From the human T2T-CHM13v2.0 reference genome, Homo sapiens: a DNA stretch of 64,000 nt. The notes under the pieces are model-generated. The model had not been told where the DNA came from and did no database searches. It worked only from the letters and a program-made list of their open reading frames with translations. Shown piece after piece: positions 1-15,272 of this stretch; position 1 is the first letter of the stretch, and each line of letters begins with the position of its first letter. A program made the translations under genes and the position numbers. The stretch lies in assembly GCF_009914755.1 (NCBI RefSeq), contig NC_060930.1; one strand, 5' to 3'.

Positions 1-3000
1 ACTGAAAGAATTAGAAATATTTCAGTATCACTCAAGTTTTACCCTACAATAGAGAACTTGTAGATGATGCTGCTGGACAGGAAGCAAAATGCAAAGCAGT
101 TTAAAAGTTACAGAGGCACATGAACGAATTTTGTACCTGACAGTCTGGAGGCAGAAAATAATGAGCCCATATTATTTAATATAAAAACTATAATCACTGT
201 CTTCTTTGATTCAACCTGGCTTTATCAAATGGCAGATAAAGCCAAAAAGTGAAAGATTCTAATTGGAATCTGTTAGCAAATAAACAACTGAGTGGATAAA
301 AATTGATGACATAGGTTTAGTGTGTAGAGAAGTCTCTGAAATAAGTAAACGTGTATAGCTGGAATTCTGGCAGAAATTTAATCTGGAGATGCTAAAAGAG
401 ATATATCCCAAGTTGGAGTGGACATTTAAAAGTCATATATTTATTTTATCAGAAATATATATGTAAATATAGTTTACTGTGGCTCAAATTACAAAAATTT
501 GCAAGACAGTAGCATAGTGTATGCAGTGCATAGATAAGTGATAAAAGTAATAAGCTGGATTCAGTCCATAAAAAACTATTTAACCAATTCATCAATATTT
601 ATACATTATTCAGTATATCAGCAAATATTTACCATGTACCATATTCAACAGCATATTCAAAGTACTGAATATTAAAAAGTGTATGCCATACATTGCCCTG
701 CTACATCAGAAAGGCATATAAAGTCTGTCTGTTATTATAATAAAACATATGAATAACAAATATTAAATAAATTAAATTAAAGGCAAACTCAAACTATAAA
801 AACTGTCATAAGACTCAAAGTTGTTTGAAATTTAAGCCAGCAAGTGACCATTTTATTTGGCAGATGATTATTAAAAATGCTGGAAATTACTGAGAAATAT
901 AATATTTCACTACGTATTCAAACATTCAAGATGGGCACAATTTTGACAAAGTGATATGATCAACATAGACATATGTAAAATCAGGTTGGAGATTGATCAA
1001 GTGAATTGATGTTAATGATTAAAAGTTAAATTGAAATTAAGAATCTGAATGTAATACCATTTAAGGTAATGTATTATTATATATTCATTTCAATGCAACA
1101 TTTTATTGTTGTATTTTATTATTCTATTTTTTTGGCCTTTCTTACTTGGAAATTCAATGAACATAATACCCATTGACTGTCTTCTATATCTATCATTTTT
1201 TCTCTACTCTTTTAAATAATATGTTTATTAAGTTTTCTTGATTCTATCGTCTGTGTCTGTTACTGGCTTTATGTAAGGTCTGTTCTCTTTTGTGCTCATT
1301 GTACTTTAGTCTTCATTTTTCAAATGATTTTGTCTCTTTCTTCTGTTTATTTCCTGAATTCTGCATGTTTTTGTTACATCCTATGGTTTGGCCATATTGT
1401 CTCAGAAATTGTGCATATGTTCTTTCTGGTCATCTTTCATAAAAGTGATTGCTTCTTTCATTTATTTTTTAATTCATGTTGGAATGTTTACTTTGTGGCA
1501 TTATCTTTCTGGTAAGTTTAATAACCTGTAACAAAATTGTACTATTTTTATCTTGTCATCTGTAATATTTTTGTATGAATGTGGTATATTTTTATTTTGT
1601 GGTTATCTGAATGGCTGCATTTTGCTAATCAACTCTTTGTAAGCATTTGCTCTGGAAGGGATGAGTGGGCCAGGGTGCTTCCCAGACTTTTCTGCTCATG
1701 AACTCCCTCTTGTGTTGCTGCTGTTGCTAATGATTGTTGCCATGTCTTCTGCACTTTTCCTACCCAAACTTGGTTCAAAGGTTTTTAATAACAGATCTGA
1801 GCTTCAAGTTTCTTCACAAGCTGTTGGCTGGAATGAGACACAGTCTGGACTTTATGGCAATTCAATTAATATTTACAAGAGACATTTTGCTTTTACCTTC
1901 TGAGTTTCCATTTCTGGATCACACTGATCTTTCCATATTGTCTCTCAGTTTGCTTACCTGACATTCAAGACTTGTCCATTCTTAGCCTTCATCAACAGCC
2001 TTTAGGCTGTATTAAAAAAGTGCAGCATTTTATACTATATAATCATATTCACTTTTATCACTACTGTCTGTACTAGGTGTGAGAGTTCCATTCCTTAAGG
2101 TAATGAACTATTCCTAGGGATTTCTGAGATCTTCTAAAATTATGCCTCTCTCTCCAGATTTATTGCATCTTGAAGTAATCACATGATTTGATTTGGGAAT
2201 TTTCTTAGTCCTCTAATTTTGCTGAAAATATGCCTGTTGGTGCTTTTATAGTTGTTGCTCTTGTCACTCCATCTACCTACTTAAAAACAACTTTTAAGCA
2301 TAAATTCCTCAGCTTACTATTATAATTGTTCTTCAGATACTATACCCTTCAGATACTAGTCTATTCCTGTGAATGGTCTTTATGTTTTGATGAAAATTTT
2401 TGACTTTTTCAAGAAAATAACTGGCACCTTCAAACATTTGAATGTGGCTTTTTGTGTATATGAAACAGCCTTCTCCTCTGTCCATTTGTAAAACTCGTTC
2501 ATCAACCATGTTAAGTTACACTTCCTCATGGAGCTTTTTAAAATTTTACTTCATCAGTTGTAAGCTGTTTTCTAAACCCTCCTAACAATTTGGGTGTTTT
2601 CCTTTGTTTTTTGTTTTTACCATTTGATGGCTTGTTCCTACTAATTTCTATTCTGTTTTTGTGTGACTATGTGTGTGGGGGTAGATTGTACACTTTCATC
2701 TTATCCTCCTTGTTGAATATCTGTTCTTTGAGGGTATGTATTCATTTCTTTTACTAATATTTGTGTCACCTGGAGGATATTTAACATATATATATATTTC
2801 TAAATTGTTGAATACAAACTAATTACAATATTTTTGAGTGATGGCTATATATACAACTGAATATGAGTTACAGGGGATGCAAGAGAAATATAAATATCAA
2901 AGTAAGTCTTAAAGAACTTATACTATATTTGAAGAAATAAGATTAAACTCACAAAATTGTTGTGACTATTAATGAAATTAGAATAGAAAGGAGAGACTTT

Positions 3001-4137
3001 GAATGAGTTATGTGGAATAATGAGCAAATTTGAAAAATTCTATGCTTTTTTCATAAACAAAATACTAAACACTGAACATTTATCCTGGATAAACATATTT
3101 CACTTGGTGATATCTGAAAACACTATGTGCTTTAATAAAGTCTAACTGCCCTTATATATTTCCTTTTTCTTTTAAAAATATGATATATCTTTACAAAAAA
3201 TATATCACATATAAATATAAAAATATTACAATTATATGGGGCTGTAGGATAAGACAGCAGAGGTAGACTGAATAACATTTATATGTTACAACAATAGATT
3301 CAAGTCTTCTTACAGTATTTGCCATATTATTGGACATTTTTGAAGCACTATTTTGAAAGACTGTCAGGAAAATTAATGTCCTTAATGCAATTCACCTGAA
3401 TGTTTGATAGCAAAATGTCATGAGAGAGTCAAGCTTCAGTGTATCTCAAAGCTAAAATATCATTCCGAAGGGAAAGCTGTGGTGTCAGGTGAGTGGTTAA
3501 TTGGATGTCTACTTTCCTCCATGGATTCTTTATGATGGGAAGGAACGACTACCACTGAGTGAAATGTGGACAGCTCCAAAGGTACAATAAAATAAAATGA
3601 ATCATTTAAAGTTTCAAATTATTTAGGTATTAGAGCTAAAATAAAGTATAAAGTCTTACCATGAACAACTCTATGATTGTTCAATTAAAGATGCAAGAGA
3701 GCTATCATTACAAAATTCGTCTCTGAAATGCAAGTTATCATTCAGTTGAAAGTGAACAAACTTATAGGTAGACATCATGGACTCAGAACTTGCTTCACAT
3801 AAATCCCCCTACAATCTTGTATCATCCATGAAATTTATGAGAGGGTGCTATTAAAAGAGACGATGACATCTTGTACTACATATTCTTACATTTTCTTTTA
3901 TCACTACCACCTGTACTAAAATACGCATGCAAATTCCATTCTCAAGAAGAGCTACTACTAGTTGGTTTAGAAAATTTCCTTGATACAGCAAAAGTCTGAA
4001 ATGTGTTGAATCTCATTTGATGGGTCTGCTGATGAGGGATAACAACATGACTTGTTTCTCAAGATAATCTAGATGTAGCAGATACATATATTTTTAATTT
4101 TTAAAAAAGTTCATGATTTAATGTTCTCTATTTTCTA

Positions 4138-4504
<367 letters not shown>

Positions 4505-5249
4505 CTATTTTAATTATTAGCTTATAATTATTAAAGTAATAGAAATATAATAAAATGGAAAAGGTATGGGAATAGATATTCTGGTTTCAGTTCCTTTGTC
4601 TACTACCTAGGTGACCCTGGACCCTTTCGAGGAATACCAGAACACTACTTGTGCAACCCAAGAAAAGGAATGTCCTTAACCAAGATACTATGAAACATTG
4701 ATGTTATAAAATAAACACTGTTATTTTAAATCAATTACTTAAAATAAAAATGTTAAAAATTAAAAATCAAATATAAGATGAAACCAATAGGCAAATATTA
4801 ATCAGAAAATACACATAATATTTGAGGAAAATATTAACAATAGATGACATACAAGATTTATTTTTTCAAAGACACAGTACGCTTTTACAAATTGATAAGT
4901 GAATGTACAGCAGCACAAAAGAAAAAAGTTATAAAAATACGCAACTCAGCAATGCCCAAAAGAGCAAGTTCAGAAGACAAATAGGCATATAAAATTATGC
5001 TTAAATTCAGTAATAGGAAATTCAAATTTTTAAATTGAAAATGACTGATAACTTTTCACCAGACTGGAAACATTTAAAAATAACATTTTTTTGAGGTAAT
5101 ATAGAAAAATGTACTGTCATATATGTTTATAAAAGTGTAATTTGCTACATTTTTAGACAAAATATGCCAATATTTATGAAAACAAAAAATACATTTATCC
5201 TTCAAACCATTTTGAGTACCTATCATAGAAAAATAAAACTGCATATATT

Positions 5250-6720
5250 TATTTCTTCTCTGACATGTTTGAAGTAACAGGGACCGATTTAATTCCATTT
5301 TTTTCCTCACCACTAGACAAACATCCAAAAAAGGAAAAAAGCAGAAAAAAAAACATGAAACAATCATCTTCAAGGCATTGGACCTAACAAAATAAAGGAT
5401 AGTGTTTTCTGAGAGAATAGAAAAAAAAAACAGGATTAAATTAATGATCCCCCCCACCCCCCGAAGCTTACTGCCTTGAGAAAATAACCAGGCCATATTG
5501 AAAGAAGCTAGAATCCAGAGACAGTCCTTAAATCAAGATGATAAAGCTGAGTATCCATGGATGCCATGGCAGCTAGAATTTGCAGACAGAATATTAGAGA
5601 GGAGAGAGCTGCACAGAGAAGCCCAGGTATCTGTGGACAATCTTTTTCTACTACTCAGCAGAATAATCAGAACTTTAGCAGAATCTGATGAGCACACACA
5701 TTAAGGAAACTTCCTAAGGAAGGAACCACCGGAAAGCATTAGAGGGACAGTAGTTTACCCTCATAGGGCATGGAATGGAACCTGGTCAATTCAGCAAAAC
5801 TGGACAAATTCAAAATTCCTAGAGCAAGGGGTGCAGTACCTAGAAGAGTCCCGCTCATCTAATAACTCTTAAAAAGCAAGACATGAAAGTATCAAACTAT
5901 TTTTCAGTTGCATACTGTGTGCCATAAGAAAGGTCAAGAATATTTATAGAGATAGCCAGCACACAACAAGATAAAATCATATTGTCTGGCATCAATAAAA
6001 TATTACCAGATATGGAAAGAGGCATGATAACCCATATGTGGAGAAAAATCAATCAATCAAAACTAACCATGAACTGATACAGATGTTGAAATGAGCAGGT
6101 AAGGACCCTAAAACAGTTATTATAGCTGTACTCTATATGTTCCAAAGTTGAGACATTGAAGTTACACAAAGACCAAATGAAACTGCTAGAGATGAAAATT
6201 ATAATTTCTGAGAAGGAAACATATTTAGTGAGGGTAATGGCAAATTAAATATTGAAAAAGAAAAGATCAGTGAAATGGAATTCAAATTTGAGGTTCTCTA
6301 AACATAAATAACATGAAAACAAAAGGCACTTACACACATTAAAATTAATAATAAAGAGAAAATATAAAAAACAGATAGAAAAGCATGTGACATCCAGAAG
6401 AACAAAAGTAAGGATGACAATGGGGCTCTCAGCAACAGCAACGTAAGCTAGAAGACAGTGGAATCAATGTCTTAAAGTACTAGAGGAAAAAAAAGTATCA
6501 ACCTAGAATTCTATCTCTAATAAAAATATCTTGCAAAACCAAAGCTAAATTACAACTTTTTCAGACATAAAAGAGCTGAAAGTTTTCATCACCGGTAGAT
6601 GCACACTACAAAACATACTTAAGGAAGTCCTTCAGGCAGAAGAAAATCTCAGATGGAAATATGTATCTAAAAAAAAAACTGCAGAGCACCAGCAATAGAA
6701 TGTATATAACGTTACCAAAA
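5250..6720 (+). mobile_element. Ancient L1M (L1MC/L1MD-like) 5'UTR and ORF1 remnant
   Basis: A-rich sense strand with L1M ORF1-type segments (atcaacctagaattctat, aaggaagtccttcaggcagaag); no open frame. Confidence 0.7.
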
Positions 6721-8727
6721 AATGGTTTATATGTGGGTAAATAAGTCAGATGTTTTTCACACTATTGAAATTCTTCTTCATTTTATTTAAATTTCTTCAT
6801 TCAGCGGCTAGGTGCTCCTTTCTAATAACCTTCAAATTTTTCTTGCCTCCTTTGTCATCCATTTGCTTTTCTGTTTCTTAGGGTCTTGAGAAGTTCATTA
6901 TGTCATTAATATTCTGATTTATTATTTGCATTGTTTTGTTCTGTCCCTATTAATTTCAATAATTTTTTCTGAAAGTTGCTTTCTATTGATTTGTACTAAG
7001 GAGAGGAAAGATCCTGAAATGTACTTCTTTAACTACTTTATTAGTTGTTACTAGAAGTACTTCACCAGGTGGAGGACTATGATGATTAATATACTCACAT
7101 ATCTCTGTAATTTTAGAAAGTTACCTACATATTTTTATGACACTAAAGTCATCTCTCTTGCGAATTAAAATCAGATAAAATGTAATTAAAATGAATTTAG
7201 GAATATGAAAATAATCATATTGAATGGAAAGTGGAATTTCCTATTAGAACAATAGAACAAATTTTTCATTACAACTGCATATTCTACACAAAGATATACA
7301 GGATCACTTTTTCATAAACGAGCACTGTCAAGTTTAGATCACCCGTATGAAGGCATATGCCATAGTTTATATTCAAAGAACATACTATTAATTGCAAATT
7401 TTTATAAGACTTAGGTAACTCCTATGAAAGTATTTACATGATCACCACAGAAAATTTGATGTTTTTCTACAATATGAATAATCTGGAGAGATAATCTTGA
7501 TTTATTCTCTTGAATTTTGCAGCTATTAAAAGTTTTATACTTTTAATCACTGCTTTCTTTGTTTCTTTTTTCTATACTGAAAATTCTACAATTTTAACCA
7601 ATAGTGAGATTCTTTTTTGTTTAATTGAATACAGTAAATAGAGCATGTAGTCATCTTTGTGTTAAGTTTCCGGCACATTTCTCATATTTTTCACTCTGTG
7701 ATCATGCTCCCTTTTGGAAAACACTTATTGATTTTTAAAATAAGCAGATATGCAGTGCAATCAAGCCAGAAGGATATTTTAATAGTAGATAATATGACAT
7801 CCCTCTGCATCCCACAAAAGAGAATGGTATGAAGAGAAAGCTGATAGTAATAGCAAAGGGAAATGGAGTAATTATCTAAGCAAGAAAAAGGGGAAAGCCA
7901 TATGCTTTGCATAGAAATTGGAACTGCACAAATGCAGGAATTGATTTCATATTTTGACCTCCCATGCATTGGCATTCCATCTATTCCAGTTTCGTAACAC
8001 AAAATAACAAAACAAAAATGACAACAGTAATTTAAACAGGAACTTAGATTTGCTTAGATTTTTTTCCTCCTTGCAAAATGATCATGTGAAATTTTTAAAA
8101 AGAAATAAAGGTGATATATAGCTACAGCTTAAAGAATTTGTTCCAAAACATAGGAAGCTGAAATTTCCAAGTGCCTAAATATTTTTCTCAAAGTAAATGA
8201 AGCACTTAGCCCTGGGTTTACTGCAGTTCCACAAATGCCCTGTGCACAAGAATGTATGCTAGCCAAGTAAAGCAGTCTGTTTTCTGTCATCAAACGGGCC
8301 CCTTCCCCATCATTGCTAACTATTTTACTTCTTTTTATCTCGTCTATCTGTGCATGCTTTACCTACAAGTTACTCTCAAAGAAAGATTCTCAAGCCATTT
8401 TTTCTATTGTAAAATCATTCTTTATGTATGGGTGGCCTGAGTGAAGACACAGGTCAATACTCCGCAAGGGTACCTCAAATCTGGAATATATATAAATTTA
8501 CTGAAATCATTTAAAAGAGGCATTCTCTAATGCTTCATAACAAAACTGCATTGTTTTGAACCACTATATACCCATCACCTTCCCTATCACTGTCAGGAGA
8601 CAGCTTTTACTCAATTGTGCCTGATATTGTGCTATCCTTTTACATAGAAGAATTGAACGTGGAACAGCCTACAACCTGTTATGAGAACTAATTATGAGAT
8701 TATTGGGGATTTTTAAAATTAATAAAT

Positions 8728-8886
8728 AAATGTATTTTAGAGAAGTTTTAGGTTCAAAGCCAAATTGAGAGGAAAATACAGACTTCTAAGTATACCCTGT
8801 CCCACACACCCATAACCTCCCCCACAATGAGCATCCTGTACCAGAGAGATACATTTGTTACAATAAGTCAATCTATATTGATACCC
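8728..8886 (-). mobile_element. L1MB/L1MC 3' end fragment
   Basis: ttttagagaagttttaggttcaaagccaaattgag...catttgttacaat matches the antisense L1M 3'UTR terminus. Confidence 0.75.
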
Positions 8887-9869
8887 TGGAATTTTTTTAA
8901 AAGCGCATTCTATCCGAAAGGATGTACAGGATAGATTTCTGTAATTTCAGAACTAAGAATAAATGTGCTTCTCTGAAGCAATGGATTGGATTGCCATAGC
9001 ATATCATTAACCATTTATTTTTCTGTGTCTGTTTTGACTAATAAAATATTTGAAGCTAAATTGTCCAGATCTCAAAAGTTTCTCACCATATATTTTGTAA
9101 ATTAACTTCATTCCTGCTACATCTTATTTCTCCCACCTTTTTATGTTCTGCCCTGAGATATTCCTTTACTTCATCCTTAAACAGCTGCATTTTTGGTATT
9201 TTTGTAAGTCATTTTAACTTTTTGGAACCAAAGGGTATAAAAACAAATGAATTATATAAATTGATAAAAATCTAATTATATTTCAATTTACCTAGTAGCT
9301 CTTCAATTATCATTTTCGTTTGGGGAATAGATAAAACAATCAAGTGGCACATTTTATTTAGTATGAAACTCCAGAAAAAATCTCATTAATAGCAGAAATA
9401 CAAAATTTAAAGTGCTCATTATAAAAGAAATGGATTTGCATTGATAAAAATAATCAGAAGGCAATGACACACATGTTAGGGACAATACATAAGCATATTC
9501 CCTAAATTATTCACAGTATATTTACTTAGTGGAGCTTTGTATAACAGGTACATGTGGGAACAGTGATTACATGTTGACCTATATAATTAAGAAAATGATT
9601 TGCCTAACAAGTAATCTGTAATAAAATGCCTAACTAGTAATCATAAGAACAAGCCATATGTTTTTAAATATGACCCAAACATTTGCATAGTGTTTATGTA
9701 CAATAAATTAAAGCAAAATGAAAAATCTGCTGACAAGAAATAAGTAGCAATAAGGGTAGACTAATGTATTAAATCCTTCATTCTGGATCATTTAGGTAAC
9801 GTTCCATTCATTTTAGATTCATGAGTAGAAGCCTTTACAGATTGGGCATGCATACCATAAATCTGGAGT

Positions 9870-10480
9870 TATCCATTATTAGGTGACATTTTGCTGTTTG
9901 CAGTTGTACATGTTTACTTTGTGCATAATTAACTGCGTAATAGCTGTCTGTGTTTTGCACAGGATTTACACTCAGGCTCTCATCAAAACAAATGACTCCA
10001 GAAAGTAGGACACTTCCATTAAGTTCCCTGCAATCAGTATTTCCTAATACGGTTTACAGGAGTGGTTTTGATTGTGACTGTTAGTATATTAATGTTATCA
10101 GTAGCTAATGTGTGTGTTGGAGTTTAATTTATTAAACTCTTAAAATGCATACAAAGTATGGATAGGTGGAGGCAAAAGGAAGTAGAGCATACCTAAAAAT
10201 AGCCAAGAAAGAAATTTCCATGAAAATAATAAGCGCAAGTTGGACAGGCAATTGATCACTGTGCAGAATAATACAATGGATCAAACACACATCGTAGCAG
10301 TTCTTTTTTGGTGTACAATTGTGACAGCCAAATCAACAGCATTTGGAGAGCAGCATCTCTGAAAATGGGCTGTCAGAAGAAGAACCAAGATTTACTCCAG
10401 TCATGTGTTTTGTTTACAACAATATGAACTTAGGAAAAAATACCAAATTAATCTAACCAAAATGAAATATGAAATTAAAG
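9870..10480 (+). mobile_element. Possible hAT-Charlie DNA transposon remnant (5' transposase region)
   Basis: atggataggtgg (MDRW-like start) after a T-rich leader resembles Charlie-family 5' ends; highly decayed. Confidence 0.3.
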
Positions 10481-11599
10481 GCCAAAGAACAAGAGAGGTA
10501 AACTATGAAGTAAAAGAGGCTATTGTTTATGAGTTATGAGCTATAACCCATAAATGGCAGCTGATTTTTAAAAAGTTCTGATAAATGGCTAAATGTTCTA
10601 TTTAAAGCTGCATCTTTTTTGTTAATCAACGGTTGAATAAAAGATTTAGTGTAAAAAAATTCACTTTCTTCCAAGAAATGATCGTTTAAAAATAAATGAA
10701 AGGCAGAGAAATAAAATAGCTAGTCTAGTTCTTATAAAAGTAGTAATACTTTATTCATAAAGTTAATATTAGACTTTTGATGGCAAAGAATGCAATATTT
10801 TTTAATTGGAGCTTGAAATAATGTTGTGTTCAATACTATTAATTGTCTCCCTCTCAGAATAAAGAACAGCACATAATGAAATATGTGTAAATATGTCATA
10901 CATAAAACGCACAAACCCCAGAAGTAGTCATCGTCAAAAGTATAGTTCCATATTGTCTGTTATAGTTTCAAATATTTACTCAGTTTTATAAAAGGCATTT
11001 TTTACACTTTCTCGCTATTATTTTCTTATTAAATTAGCCTAAGCTTCTTAAAATGCAATTCTATATGTCAGTCATTTCTTGAATTTTTTAAGCTTCATGT
11101 TATGTAACTAAGTAATTACTTTTCAAAACACTATATGATTTTGGATTATAAAATTAGGTATTTTGAAGAATCACCTCAGATAACAAAAAATCAAGAATAA
11201 ATTCCCTGGGATTCTGGGCAAGATGGTGGGTTAATTCAAATAGAATTTCTATAAGCACTCCCTATCATTACTTCACTTAGAATACATACATAAGTATATG
11301 TATATATAAAATAGATTTCAAATATATATTCAAATATTTCAAAAACCACAAGTTCCTAGTCGTGACGGGAAACAGTTTCTAGCCAGGAGTGGAATGAGAG
11401 CATGGTATCAGAGCATGGCTTACTGAGTGAAAACACCCACCTAACAGCAGTGCCTTTTGTCTATTAATAGAGACTGAAAATATCTGTAACCTGTGTATTG
11501 TGTTGTGAGCAATATCAAATGCCTTCCACTGTCTGGAAAGGTGTAAAAGGTCCAATTAACATTAGCTCTTTTAATGTGAAGAATGCGTGTTTAATCATT

Positions 11600-12815
11600 C
11601 ATTGGTCAAGTGTAACAACAATAAGGGTAATAAAATACTGAATAATTTCTAAGGTAATAGGTGGGAAAATTAATACAAAAGAAGCAATATAAAAGAAGGC
11701 AAAAAGAGATAAAGTAACATTGAAAGGAGGCCAAATAAGAAACACTTAGAAACATAGTAGATTTAAACCCAAATATATTAGCAATACACATTAAGTGTAA
11801 TGGACTAATGTTTCTTTCAAATAAAGAGATAATCTAGCTGGATAAATAAAAATAATAATGCTTCTAGAAGACAGTACCAGAGAATAGCTTCATGACCTCT
11901 GAGTAGGGAAATACTTGTTAAATGGGATATGATAGTACTAAATTTAAAATAATAAATTTATAACGGATTAAATTAAAATTATTACCATGGGTTTATTAAA
12001 GCCTTCACACTGAATGAGTGAAAAGATAAATGACAGAATAAGATATTTGCAATGTAAAGAAACTGCAAAGCATTGAATCCAAAATACATAAAAAACTTCT
12101 AACAATAAGAAAAATAATGACTATTACAATAAAAAATAGCATACCCTTTCAAGACTAAAATATAGTGATTAATGATGTATGCTTTAGTGGTTATTTTATA
12201 AGGAAAAGCAAGGGAATGATTGCTGTATAAATAAGGAGTGTGGTTTCATTTGGGAAGTAATTGGGAGTTGGCAGAGTGGAGCTTGTGGGGTATGCTAATG
12301 TTCTATTTCTTGACCTGGTTTTAGGTTCAGTGGGTACTTGATTTATCATAAATCATTTAGCTGTCAAGTCACTTAATTTTTAGCATTTTTCTGCTTGTGC
12401 AGTGTATTTCTAAATTAATTTTTTAAAAGATCAGCCTACAAAAATCAATATTGTTTTTAAAAAATTTTAAAGGCATAATTTACATCTAAATACACAGAGA
12501 TATAGACCATGTTTACAGACAGAAAGTTATAGTATCATAAAGATGTCACCTTCATTTATACTTTTTATTATATTCTGATAGAACCACCAACCAGAATTTT
12601 CATGGAAACTGGCAAAGTGATTCTCAATTAATACAGAAGAGCACACAGTCAAAAATACCAAAGATCATTGTAAGAAAAAAATGTAACATGAAAAGATCAT
12701 AAAGTTCATAGTAATTTAAAAAGTGTGATAATGGCACAAGGATAGACAAACTGACGAAACAGAGACAAACTATGTATATAAAATAGTTTGGAATATGATA
12801 AAACTTGGAAATCTG
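11600..12815 (+). mobile_element. L1ME-like fragments (ORF1/ORF2 junction, ORF2, 3'UTR pieces)
   Basis: L1-type segments: aaacccaaatatattagcaatacacattaagtgtaatggactaa; ttctatttcttgacctgg; ggcacaaggatagaca. Confidence 0.65.
12037..12143 (+). repeat. Donor of a ~105 bp direct repeat copied at 12998-13100
   Basis: aataagatatttgcaa...tacaataaaaaatagcata recurs at 12998-13100 with ~88-90% identity. Confidence 0.9.
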
Positions 12816-13318
12816 CAATTTCTTTTATTCTTATTAATTAAATCTTTTATATATTTCCTTTTAATCTGCTTGATTTCGTGACCTGAAAGAGATTAATTAA
12901 AATCATCCTTTAGAGTTATATTTTATTTGTGTCTTTTTGTGGGTCCTACAGTTTCTGCTTTATATCTTTTTACATATTTTTTATAAAATATATAAAAAAT
13001 AAGATATTTGCAACGTAAAGAAATCACAAAGCATTGAATCCAAAATACATAAAAAAATTCTAACAACGAGAATATTAACTATTACAATAAAAATAGCATA
13101 TTTTATTTGCCTTCTTTTATATTACTTATTTTGTATTAATTTTCTCACCTATTACCTTATTTCTTAAATATATTTATATATTTTTATATATTTATATCTT
13201 TTGTATATATTAAGGCTATATTATTTGGCACACAATACTTTATTTTAGATGCCATCTTTTTTCATATATCCATGTTTTTCTTATGTAAACAAATGTATTA
13301 AATTTCATATATTACTAT

Positions 13319-13840
13319 TGAGACAGAGGTCCTGAAGACCATACCCAGGTTCAACAACTTGCTAGGAGGACTCAGAGAACTCAGTCATATTCACAGCCAT
13401 CCTTTATTATAGAATAAGGGTACAAAGTAAAATCATCAAAGCGAAAAGGCACATAGGACAAAGTCTAGGGAAAACCAGGCACAAGCTTACAGAGAGTCAC
13501 ACAAGACACACTTCATTCCCCTAGCAACAAATTGGGACAACAGATGTGAAATGTTGCCAACCAGGGAAGCTCATTAGAGACTCAGAGTTCAGGGTCTTCT
13601 GGTCCAGAGTCCAGAGTTCACTCTCTGCTTGGCATGGACCAAAACTCGGACTCCCAAAAGGAAAGCAGATATTCAGCATAAACCACATTGTTTGTACAAA
13701 CAGTTTAGTTATAATGAGACAATTTATCGGGAATGGCAGGAGCCCTCTTAAAATCCAACTTCCAAATGCCAGCCAAGGGCCAACCTTGTTAAGCAGCCGT
13801 TGCAGAAGACAGTAGTCAGGCCTGTTAACTCTTGTCTGCA
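13319..13840 (-). mobile_element. MER21-family LTR
   Basis: Reverse complement begins tgcagacaagagttaacaggcctgactactg...aaggttggcccttggctggcatttgg, the MER21 5' end. Confidence 0.8.
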
Positions 13841-14377
13841 TGATTATAAATTAGCCTTTATAGTTATTTGCATTTTTTTCAGATGTATTTTTGCCAGTAA
13901 TTTTCTATTCAAATATTTTAGTTACTTTGTAATCTTTTAGCTTAATTTTGACCTAACAGTCTTTTTTCTTCTTTAATTGATGAGTTTCTCTTTTCTTTGT
14001 ATGAGAAGGAAAGATCTTAATTATGTAACAATGTTTTCTGTTCTAATGCTTCTATAATTGTTATATATTCCAGATTGTTAATATAACCCTAAATTTTAAT
14101 GTATATAATCTGTTTTTAAGATTTTTAATGGCTGTAATTTTAATAATGACAGATATCTATATGTTTTTTATTTCTTTGAAGAAAATGAAATTCTTAAAAA
14201 AACTGTAATTAATATCCTCAGAATTATACAGAAGATAGTGAGTCCTTTAAATAGAGAATTAGAGAATATAGTTTTCTGCTCTGCTATTCACATGATGATT
14301 TCTTAAATTACAATATAAGTCTAGACTTCAAGTACATTCTAACTTTATGACTATCAGGTTTCAAAAGTGAGTACACC

Positions 14378-14741
<364 letters not shown>

Positions 14742-15019
14742 TCATAATGAAAATGAAGTCAAATGTCATTTGAGAAAATGTACTTTCTTTATTCACCAAA
14801 ACTGCTCTGATCTGCTTCTCAGCCTCCATCATAGTACAGAAACAGGAGAGGGAAAAAGAAAAACAGACTTAGCCTAACCCAGTAACTGATTCCAAAATTC
14901 AAACAATATTGTTGCTATAATTCTTAAGATCTAAAATATTTTCTCTTCTATTCTTTTCTTTCTCAACATAGTATCTCTATGAACAAGGATGTTGACATGT
15001 GAAAGACTCTTTTTTTGAA

Positions 15020-15272
15020 AAAATTATTTCTATAGGTTTTTGGGAAACAAGTGCTATCTGGTTACGAGTAAGTTCTTTAGTGGTGATTTGTGAGATTTTG
15101 GTGCACCCATCACCTGATCGGTATAAACTGAATCAAATTTGTAGTCTTTTATCCCTCACCCCTCTGCCACCCTTTCCCCGGAGTCCCCGAAGTCCACTGT
15201 ATCATTCTTATGGCTTTGCATCTTCATAATTTGGCTCCCATTTATGAGTGAGAACATATGATGTTTGGTTCT
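15020..15272 (-). mobile_element. L1PB-like 3' end fragment
   Basis: gtaagttctttagtggtgatttgtgagattttggtgcacccatcacc is typical of antisense L1PB/L1MA 3'UTR. Confidence 0.8.

Noticed and set aside
1080-1960. T-rich tract with three small ORFs
   Set aside because: Probably decayed antisense L1M; too degenerate to delimit, and the peptides are uninformative
3486-3494. Perfect splice donor CAG|GTGAGT in non-repetitive sequence
   Set aside because: No convincing upstream acceptor or coding frame; one such 9-mer can occur by chance in 64 kb
5074-5496. 140-aa minus-strand ORF (and the 147-aa ORF at 35834-36277)
   Set aside because: F/L/I/S-rich chance frames across L1/L2 remnants; no domain or splice support
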